Positions 18,110 through 25,631 of a DNA stretch of 64,000 nt are shown here, piece by piece (the stretch's first letter is position 1; each line of letters begins with the position of its first letter). Made by a program: the position numbers and the translations under genes. Source of the stretch: Candidatus Latescibacterota bacterium (GTDB taxonomy: Bacteria > Latescibacterota > UBA2968). Location: NCBI GenBank assembly GCA_965207885.1, contig OZ242311.1, positions 5,792,001 through 5,856,000 on the forward strand. Reading direction: 5' to 3'. Under the pieces are notes generated by a model that searched no databases, was not told the DNA's origin, and saw only the letters and a list, made by a program, of their open reading frames with translations.

Positions 18110-21100
18110 TTAGAAGGACCAGCGCACGCCGAGATGGATATCCCGCGGATTGACATAGAACAAATACGACCGCTGTGACATCACGCTCTCATCCAGTTCT
18201 TTGCCCGGCTTGTCGCCTTCTTGCAAATTCCCGCTCGCATCCACGGTCCAGCCCAATGCCTCCATATACTTCTTGAAGTTATTGCCCGAACTCGTACCGA
18301 GATGGGATCGCGTATCCCATATCCGGGATGTAGAAGTCGTGGTAACATTTTTGAAGTTGAGCGGATTGCGAATCTCCAGATAAACCGTTGGCGCCATCTT
18401 TACGTCAAACATCTTGGCAAACCGCAGATCCAGAAGCCTGGTCGCCTGCCACTGTGCGTTATCCACCGAGCGCAGTGCCACGTCGTTGGACGGGTTGTAG
18501 TTGAACCACGACCCCGCCTGATGGCGGTAATAAAGGTTGGCTTCCCAGCCCCCCTTCAACATGCGTTGCTCGCCTCCGTGATCCAGCGACGTGCGGAAAT
18601 TCAGACCAAACTTCAAAATCGGTCGCGCCTTAAAGCGCGGATTCGCACCAGCGGGACTCCTCTCGATCAAACGGTAGGACGCTGTCGATACAGTCTGTGC
18701 GTCGTAGATGCGCTCCCAGCGCACGATGCGCTTGCGCTCGGCGCGGAACTCATAGGACAAAAAGCCCGTCACAAACTGCCCGCGCGCCTTGCGCACAGAC
18801 AACTCGAACCCGCGAATATCCTTCACATTTCCATTCATATGGAAACGCGTGCTGCGTCCCGTGGTATTCTGGATATACACTCTTCCGCGTTCCGTGTCCT
18901 TCTCGATGTCTTTGAAGAACACCGTGCCGCTGAACAGATACTGATTGGCGAAATTCCGCTCGTAGCCCAGTTCATAGGCTATTGTCACGGGCATGTCCAG
19001 CCACGGATTGCCAAACTGCTCCAAAGGCTCGCCCAGACCGCTCTGCGTCTGATACAAATCCACAGAGGTCGGAATCTGTGCAAAGTGACCGTAGTTGAAG
19101 AACAGCTTGCTCTCGGCAGTAATCGGATGCGATATACCAACCCGGGGACTCACCTTCCACTTTGTGGGCGGGCGTATAGCCTCTGCCTTGGAATACAGCA
19201 ACACGGCATTGGAACCCATCCACTCTGCGTGTACCTCGTTGGGAATGTCGAAGTACTTGTCCGGACGGTGAAAGTCCAGGCGCAGACCCGCATTTACCAC
19301 AATCTGGCGATACTCCATGCGATCCTGCAAGAACACACCGCCGTAAAGAGGCGTGCGGACCCAGTAATTGTGGAAGTCAGCCGTATCCGTCACTTCCATG
19401 TTAGCTGGATCATCGATATTCCCCGGACGGAAATTGACGTCTTCCAGGGTCGGATCCTGTACAGAAGATGCAAAACCGCGGATCTCGCGCAGGAAGAAGT
19501 GATGCACCTGCACACCGGCTTTGATCTGGTGATTCGGCGTTACTTGAGACGTAATATCAAACGTATAATCGTCTTCCCAGGTATAAGACCAGTCGCCCGA
19601 ACGCGCCGGGTTGCCGTCGCCACCGCGCATGCGGTAAGCACCTAAGAGATCGAAAGTTCCGGGCTTATACGTAAAGCCCTTGGGACCTTCGTCCAGGATC
19701 ACGGCACCCGCGGCCTGAGCCGCCTGATAGCTGCTCTCGGTAACTTCTTCAACGCGACCATCTGGATATACCGCTGCTGCGGGCACACCGCGCTTCTGCA
19801 GGGGTTGCCACGAAGCCTCAAAGTCGGCCTTACCCACGCGCACCGACAAATTGTAAAACGTCCTGGGAGACAGCGTGTGTGTCCACGTCAAAGTGCCATA
19901 CCGGCGGTTGATCGTTTCGATATTGCTGCCAGACCCCATCGCGAAAATATTCCGCGTACGCAAATTGCTCACTTCAAAAGCAGGCGTGCGGGCAAATGTG
20001 CCCAAAAAGTTCCCGTACTTCGCACCCTGAGACCAGCCCTTCAGGAAGCCCAAAGACAGCTTGGTCGTCGCCGTAGGCGTGAAGATCGCCTTGGCCTGCC
20101 AGGTATCATCGCGATAGTTGGGAACGGCCATCGTCCATGTATAAGCCGACTTTTCCCGGCGCGTGGAAAGCAAGAACGACACCTTGTCCTGCACGAGCGG
20201 ACCGCCAACAGTCACATCGTAGGTATAATCCGCATCGCGGTCTGTGGCGTCGAAGTTCTGCTGATACGGATAGTCCTCATCCTGCCCAAAAGGACCTATG
20301 CCACTGGCTTCGGTCGCGATTCCGCCGACCTTCCGATGCTGGAAATCCCATATTCCCTTGGCTTGCGCAGGCGTCGAAATCACGTCTTCGAAGGGACCGG
20401 CTTTCCATTCGCCAGCAGGTCCACCCTTATCCTGGAATATATTATTCCAGCCAGCAAAATCCGGATTCCCGTCGCCATCTCTATCGGCCGTCGGTGCCAT
20501 GCTCTGGAACCGCCCCACATCCCACCAGTTATCGGTGCTGTACATCGTGGGACCAAAATACTTATTCGCTGCGGGACTCCACCGCAGATCGCCTGCCGTC
20601 GTCCATGCGCGAGGCTCGCGGTTGACCACGTTGATCACACCGCTGCGCACATCGCCGTACTCGGCATTGAACCCGCCCTTCAGAATCTGAACCTCCTGAA
20701 GTGCTGTCTTGGAAAAGGACGAATACGGACGGTTATCCCGGCTGTCTTTCATGCTCACGCCGTCAACCATATAAACGATCTCGGTCTCGTTGCCACCGCG
20801 GATATTCAAACCCCAACTATCCGTATCTATACCCACCTGCGTGGCAAACGCATCGCGCAACCGGGGTCCCACTGGCGGGGACTCGATCTCTTTGGCAGAC
20901 ATAATCACCTGCGTATAAGACACATCCATCTCAACCGGTGGGCGCTCTGCCGTCACCGTAATCTCTGCCAACTCTGCCGTTGTCTCGCCAAGCGAGAAAT
21001 CCAGCGGCGTCGTGCGGTCAATCGAAACCGCCACATCGCGCTGCGTCACAGCGCGATAACCCACCAGCGACGCCGTGACCTCATACACGCCCGGATTGAC

Positions 21101-21316
21101 GCGAATGATGAAGTATTCACCATTGACATCTGCCGTGGCACCCATTCTGGTGCCCACAATCACCACATTGGCACCCGGCAGAGGTTCGCCGGTACTGGAA
21201 TCGGTAATGCGACCCGAAATTTTACCCGTGGTGGTCTGCGCGTCGGCCTGATAAGTCAGCCCAAACCCCAGCGCAATGGCAAGCAAGGTTATAAACCCAG
21301 CTCTAAAACGATACAT
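18110..21316 (-). CDS. TonB-dependent receptor with carboxypeptidase-regulatory-like N-domain
   Basis: GKISGRITDSSTGEPLPGANV; IRGG...YMVDGV; GGFNAEYG..SGVINVV; ends GVRWSF. Confidence 0.93.
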   Translation of the reverse strand: MYRFRAGFITLLAIALGFGLTYQADAQTTTGKISGRITDSSTGEPLPGANVVIVGTRMGATADVNGEYFIIRVNPGVYEVTASLVGYRAVTQRDVAVSIDRTTPLDFSLGETTAELAEITVTAERPPVEMDVSYTQVIMSAKEIESPPVGPRLRDAFATQVGIDTDSWGLNIRGGNETEIVYMVDGVSMKDSRDNRPYSSFSKTALQEVQILKGGFNAEYGDVRSGVINVVNREPRAWTTAGDLRWSPAANKYFGPTMYSTDNWWDVGRFQSMAPTADRDGDGNPDFAGWNNIFQDKGGPAGEWKAGPFEDVISTPAQAKGIWDFQHRKVGGIATEASGIGPFGQDEDYPYQQNFDATDRDADYTYDVTVGGPLVQDKVSFLLSTRREKSAYTWTMAVPNYRDDTWQAKAIFTPTATTKLSLGFLKGWSQGAKYGNFLGTFARTPAFEVSNLRTRNIFAMGSGSNIETINRRYGTLTWTHTLSPRTFYNLSVRVGKADFEASWQPLQKRGVPAAAVYPDGRVEEVTESSYQAAQAAGAVILDEGPKGFTYKPGTFDLLGAYRMRGGDGNPARSGDWSYTWEDDYTFDITSQVTPNHQIKAGVQVHHFFLREIRGFASSVQDPTLEDVNFRPGNIDDPANMEVTDTADFHNYWVRTPLYGGVFLQDRMEYRQIVVNAGLRLDFHRPDKYFDIPNEVHAEWMGSNAVLLYSKAEAIRPPTKWKVSPRVGISHPITAESKLFFNYGHFAQIPTSVDLYQTQSGLGEPLEQFGNPWLDMPVTIAYELGYERNFANQYLFSGTVFFKDIEKDTERGRVYIQNTTGRSTRFHMNGNVKDIRGFELSVRKARGQFVTGFLSYEFRAERKRIVRWERIYDAQTVSTASYRLIERSPAGANPRFKARPILKFGLNFRTSLDHGGEQRMLKGGWEANLYYRHQAGSWFNYNPSNDVALRSVDNAQWQATRLLDLRFAKMFDVKMAPTVYLEIRNPLNFKNVTTTSTSRIWDTRSHLGTSSGNNFKKYMEALGWTVDASGNLQEGDKPGKELDESVMSQRSYLFYVNPRDIHLGVRWSF

Positions 21317-21532
21317 AAACTCCTCCTTTGTTTTCTTCCCCCGGCTTTGGGAAAGATAAGGGAAAAGCCACCCTGGCTCATCCCGCGCAACTTCTCCTGA
21401 CTACCTACTACAACAAAATACTATCAATAAGCCCTTAAACATCACCTCCTTATTAATCCCCTCCCTGTGGTCTTAAAAGCGGGCTTAAATACCCCACCTC
21501 CTTTCGGTCCATGATATTGATCATTATAAACT

Positions 21533-21566
21533 ATAATTTCCGATAAATCCACGTGTCCAATTTAAT
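21533..21566. other. Degenerate lox-like site B (inverted relative to site A)
   Basis: ATAATTTCCGATA-AATCCACG-TGTCCAATTTAAT; 21536-21552 is the exact reverse complement of 21811-21827. Confidence 0.6.
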
Positions 21567-21587
21567 ATGCACCTCGAAACCTGTCAA
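21559..21587 (-). promoter_or_regulatory. Sigma70 promoter for the TonB operon, inside the putative invertible segment
   Basis: TTGACA (21587-21582), 17 nt, TAAATT (21564-21559); same TTGACAGGT start as the 14656 promoter. Confidence 0.65.
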
Positions 21588-21796
21588 GTATTATGCACCA
21601 AATTACGCGACATGTGTTTTTCGATCATAACATATTGTTTTTCAAAAACTTAAATTTTTATCTATTGGAAATCTTAAAAATAACTCGCTGAAATCAAAGA
21701 AGTAAGCCAACACACAAACAAAAATGTCCTGCAATATTCGGCATATCAGCCATTTCATCTGGTCAAATACTAAAGAGCCACAACACTTCATTGCCC

Positions 21797-21829
21797 TTTA
21801 TTTCCGATAAGTGGATTTATCGGAAATAA
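21797..21829. other. lox-like recombination site A (13-8-13)
   Basis: TTTATTTCCGATA-AGTGGATT-TATCGGAAATAA[A]. The last base is restored by 23037 when IS4 plus one TSD copy is removed, which places the site about 100 bp upstream of the recombinase gene. Confidence 0.7.
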
Positions 21830-23027
21830 CATGGTACACGACAAAACTTAAATTGTTTTAAACAGTGGCGGATTACTCAGTAAACGAATGCATATGAGGA
21901 ACTGTTGGGTTTGTTGGTTTATATTGAGCAGGACATACTGCAAATAGTCCAACCCATATCGGAAGAGACTTTTCTCCATCCGCCCGTGATTTTTGATCGT
22001 CAAAGGATTTGTTTTTGCTATCCATTCGCCGATGATATGCGCCCAGATGCAGGCAATGGCCAAAAGCGCGATGAGTTTCTCAATGCGGTCTTGATGTATA
22101 AGATGGGTCTCTTCCAGATTAAATCCTCGACTTTTAAGATTGGCAAAAAGGACTTCAATGCCCCATCGTTTTTTATAGGTATCCAATGCGGCTTGACCTT
22201 TTTGGTTGCTGGCAAGAATGAGGTATTGGTCCTTCAATCTTAGTGCAGACAGATATACAGGCAGGTCATAAACGCGGTGGCGTTTGCACAAGTTGACCTG
22301 CTGATGGATATTAAGATTTTCAAACCGTTTTCTTATGGGGATCTCTCTACCGCCTGATGAGACAAGAGCGTTTTCCTTGATGCGAATAACAAAGGGTATA
22401 TTTTGTGTGTCTAACCACCTAAACCATTCTCTTCCAATAAATTCTCTGTCTGCGACGACAACGCGGATATGCGATTTGCAGATGCAGTTGAGCATTTCTT
22501 GCATCAAATGGATACGCTCATCACTATTGGAATTGCCCCGTTTTTTTAACAAGTGCCAACAGATAGGAAAGGCGACCCCTTCATAGATAATGCCTGCGGT
22601 TAGGATGTTGATATTGAATTTTCCCAACTTCCAATTGGTGCGATCTATTGAGACTATAAAATCCGACTTTATAGGTAATAAGTGCAAGATCAATTGTCTC
22701 ACACACGCATAGGGTAAGGCAAAGTGGGCAAAGAAGCGTTGGATACGACGATAATTAGATTTCTGCTTGACGGTTCCATTGAGTGCGTTTGCCAGTTTCA
22801 TAAAATTGACGCTACGCAATTTTATCAGCGACAATATGAACGCAGCGGTAAACGTTATTCGGGCTTTATGCCAGTGAAAATATCCTTGCATAATCGTTTG
22901 AAGTTCAATAGTTTCAGGAGACATAGACCTGTGCCTTGTTAAGATGAGAAAGGTTTGTCTTGGGACATTCAAACCTAACTCTTTTTAGCTTTTTTCACAG
23001 GTCTTTTATTTTTTGTCGTGTACTATG
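21830..23027 (-). mobile_element. IS4-family insertion sequence, copy 1 (1198 bp)
   Basis: 17-bp terminal IRs CATGGTACACGACAAAA / TTTTGTCGTGTACTATG; 9-bp TSD CGGAAATAA (21821-21829, 23028-23036). Confidence 0.95.
21848..22972 (-). CDS. IS4-family DDE transposase
   Basis: SIDRTNW, VADREF, YKKRWGIEVLFANLK (YREK motif). True start may be ATG 22924. Confidence 0.93.
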   Translation of the reverse strand: MNVPRQTFLILTRHRSMSPETIELQTIMQGYFHWHKARITFTAAFILSLIKLRSVNFMKLANALNGTVKQKSNYRRIQRFFAHFALPYACVRQLILHLLPIKSDFIVSIDRTNWKLGKFNINILTAGIIYEGVAFPICWHLLKKRGNSNSDERIHLMQEMLNCICKSHIRVVVADREFIGREWFRWLDTQNIPFVIRIKENALVSSGGREIPIRKRFENLNIHQQVNLCKRHRVYDLPVYLSALRLKDQYLILASNQKGQAALDTYKKRWGIEVLFANLKSRGFNLEETHLIHQDRIEKLIALLAIACIWAHIIGEWIAKTNPLTIKNHGRMEKSLFRYGLDYLQYVLLNINQQTQQFLICIRLLSNPPLFKTI

Positions 23028-23136
23028 CGGAAATAAATAAAAAGAGACTATCGCATGTTTAATTGATGAATCTAAATCGGATAGCGCAAGCGTCTAATAA
23101 AAACCATCTGATGCACAAGTTTGCAATACTAAAAAA

Positions 23137-24135
23137 ATGACCACAAAAATTAAAGCACCCACCTCCCAATCCATACACCTGCCCGCCTGCAGATGTTCCG
23201 CGCAGACAAGTCACAACGGTCAGACACTCTCAATGCCCGCGGCTGAACTCGCGCGTGCCTCACTCGCTCCTGCTACCATCAGAGCCTATCGGTCTGCGCT
23301 TTATGCCTGGGATACATTTCGCAACAACCGGCCCGAAAATGATACACTCATCGCCGAATATCTAACGGCGCGATATGAAGCGGGAACCAGCCCGGCTACC
23401 TGTACACAAATCGTGGGCGCAATCCGGTTTCGCGCGAAACACCAGGGCTACACCGATCCCATTGGTCCAGCTACCCAGCGCGTATTAGCAGGCATACGAC
23501 GCCGGGGACGAGACCGCGGACGGGGACAAATGGACGGCCTGCGCTGGAATGAAGCAGATGCAATAGTACGCATTGCCCAGCGCGACCAGACCCTCGCCGG
23601 ACTTCGAGACGCGGCCATCATCGCCGTCATGTCTGACGCACTCCTGCGCGTATCTGAATGCGTTGCCCTCAATGTCGAAGATCTTTTGCAAACCGACCTG
23701 CCCGACGGAAGTGCCCGCATTACCGTCCGACACTCTAAAACCGACCAGGAAGGGCGCAGCAGTGTCCTGTACATTGGACCGACAACAGCAAGAGCAGTAA
23801 CGGCCTATCTGAACGCCGCCCAAATAGACAACGGTCCCCTCTTTCGCCGCGTACGCCGCGGCGACCATCTGGGAACCGGGCGACTGACAGACCGCGCAAT
23901 CAGAAACATCGTAAAACAGCGTGCAGCAGCAGCCGGAGTCTCTGGAAGATTTTCGGGGCACTCGCTCCGCATTGGATCGGCACAGTCCCTCGCAACAGCG
24001 GGCGCATCAATTGTCGAAATGCAAATAGCAGGACGATGGCGCGATACATCTATGCCCGCTCACTATGCCCGCGCCCAACTCGCCGGTACTGGTGCCGTAG
24101 CGCGTTTGCGATATGGATGTAAAAACAAAAAATAA
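23137..24135 (+). CDS. Cre-like tyrosine recombinase
   Basis: Catalytic set LLRVSE (R), SKTDQEG (K), SGHSLR (HxxR), GRW (W as in Cre), AHYAR (Y); N-terminal APATIRAY core-binding domain. Confidence 0.9.
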   Translation: MTTKIKAPTSQSIHLPACRCSAQTSHNGQTLSMPAAELARASLAPATIRAYRSALYAWDTFRNNRPENDTLIAEYLTARYEAGTSPATCTQIVGAIRFRAKHQGYTDPIGPATQRVLAGIRRRGRDRGRGQMDGLRWNEADAIVRIAQRDQTLAGLRDAAIIAVMSDALLRVSECVALNVEDLLQTDLPDGSARITVRHSKTDQEGRSSVLYIGPTTARAVTAYLNAAQIDNGPLFRRVRRGDHLGTGRLTDRAIRNIVKQRAAAAGVSGRFSGHSLRIGSAQSLATAGASIVEMQIAGRWRDTSMPAHYARAQLAGTGAVARLRYGCKNKK

Positions 24136-24161
24136 AGCCCCGCACTATACGGGGCTTTTTT
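24134..24161 (+). terminator. Rho-independent terminator after the recombinase
   Basis: AAAGCCCCG-loop-CGGGGCTTTTTT. Confidence 0.85.
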
Positions 24162-24226
24162 GTGATTACTCGTCTCAGGCTCTAAAAAATTTAGAACAAC
24201 TCACCTTTTTGAAGTCACATAGTACG

Positions 24227-24928
24227 TTATTTTTTGCCGCTTTTCAAAACCTCAATCATCACTAATCCGTCTTTATTTTCTTTTATGAATGGAGATGGCG
24301 CAATATCAGGGGGCATAGGAACTAAGCGGTTATACACAAAAGGCTTTTCCACGAAAATTCCCAGGCACCGGCGTTCTGGATAAGCTTCCACTTTAATATC
24401 CTGAGCACTGGGTAAATATATCAGAACAAAATACGCAGAATCATCCTTCGAAATTAAGGTGCTATAGTGGGCTTCTACCTTCTGGATGAAATCTATGTCA
24501 TAAGATAACTCACGATGATAAATACCTCTGTCTTCCCGAACATAGCTACCCGACAAATATTCTTTATAATTCTGATTGAGTTCCCTGATGATCTTCTCAA
24601 TATTATCGCGTAATTCCTCATTATCGCGTAATGGCTTGAGGAATTGCTTAAACAATTCCTCGCGTGATTTCTCATATTTTTTTTCACGAAATTTAGCAGC
24701 TTTTTTAATTAAAAAATGCCTGATTCCGTTTCCGCCAACAAAATGTCTCAGAAACTCAGAAGGAATGATAAGAGCCAAAGAGATCAATACGACATTGTGA
24801 ATAATCTCGTCTGTAAGCTCATTAGACCATCCCACATACAAGAAGCACAGGAACCCTACTATGAAGAGTTCTCCTATCAACCAACGCGAGGAGGGAGCAA
24901 AGCTGTTTGAAGGTGTATCAGGATTCAT
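24227..24928 (-). CDS. Hypothetical membrane protein with C-terminal Hsp20/alpha-crystallin-like segment
   Basis: Two N-terminal TM helices, charged helical middle, then YLPSAQDIKVE...YNRLVPMP...DGLVMIEVLK; low GC. Confidence 0.55.
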   Translation of the reverse strand: MNPDTPSNSFAPSSRWLIGELFIVGFLCFLYVGWSNELTDEIIHNVVLISLALIIPSEFLRHFVGGNGIRHFLIKKAAKFREKKYEKSREELFKQFLKPLRDNEELRDNIEKIIRELNQNYKEYLSGSYVREDRGIYHRELSYDIDFIQKVEAHYSTLISKDDSAYFVLIYLPSAQDIKVEAYPERRCLGIFVEKPFVYNRLVPMPPDIAPSPFIKENKDGLVMIEVLKSGKK

Positions 24929-25250
24929 TTCTAAATTCTTCCCATTGTTTTTTTATGGTTTTTAATAGAGTAAAACCAGCATTTATGATGATAGAAATCA
25001 AAGCCACGATATCAAAAATCGTCACCAAGGTTTTGGTAAATTGCAAAGGTAAATAAGATTCAACCTCTCCAGGGTTTTCTTCTATGGGTATTGTCTCGTG
25101 TAGCCAGAGGACGCAGGCACGAAATACCCTGAGACCTGCTACCACTACCAGAAGTGAAAAAATATCTTTAAAGAAATCAAATAGAAAATTGAAGCGGAGA
25201 TACTTTTCCCTTTGGCTCCTCCAGGATTGAAACAATTGCAAAATATTCAT
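24918..25250 (-). CDS. Hypothetical 2-TM membrane protein
   Basis: Low-GC ORF with two hydrophobic helices; overlaps the next gene by 11 nt. Confidence 0.6.
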   Translation of the reverse strand: MNILQLFQSWRSQREKYLRFNFLFDFFKDIFSLLVVVAGLRVFRACVLWLHETIPIEENPGEVESYLPLQFTKTLVTIFDIVALISIIINAGFTLLKTIKKQWEEFRNES

Positions 25251-25631
25251 ATAAAACCGTTTTTGTACGAAAAAAATACCCGACAGCCGATCCTAACGCA
25301 AATTCTGTAGCCCTTGTTAGGAATGCTATGCTTACAAAATATAACCCTAAAAGGTAATATTAGCCAAATAGATTTCTTGCCCAAGGAACTCAGTTAATAC
25401 GATCTGTTCTCAACCAAAAACGCCTCTACTGCGACCCCGCAGAGTTTCTGCGATCTCATAGGAGAGTATAGATAAACAACACCGTCCTGCGGTATTCGGC
25501 ATTTCTTGGTTATGGACACAGCGTTTTCCGACTTGAATCTGCTGTATCCAATTTATATTGGAGTCTCAATTGTTTTTTCTAAAATAAGCACAATACCCGC
25601 CTAACCTATTTTGCCAGAGCTTATGATAGTA

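Noticed and set aside
18221-21400. Long plus-strand ORFs (474 and 531 aa) opposite the TonB receptor; similar ones at 6848..8299 and 47232..48851
   Set aside because: Antisense shadows of well-supported genes with no recognisable motifs.
21797-21829. Chromosomal dif site (11-6-11 reading ATTTCCGATAA-GTGGAT-TTATCGGAAAT)
   Set aside because: Perfectly symmetric arms, unlike XerC/XerD sites; adjacent to a Cre-like gene; local strand-bias polarity looks origin-like, not terminus-like. Not fully excluded.
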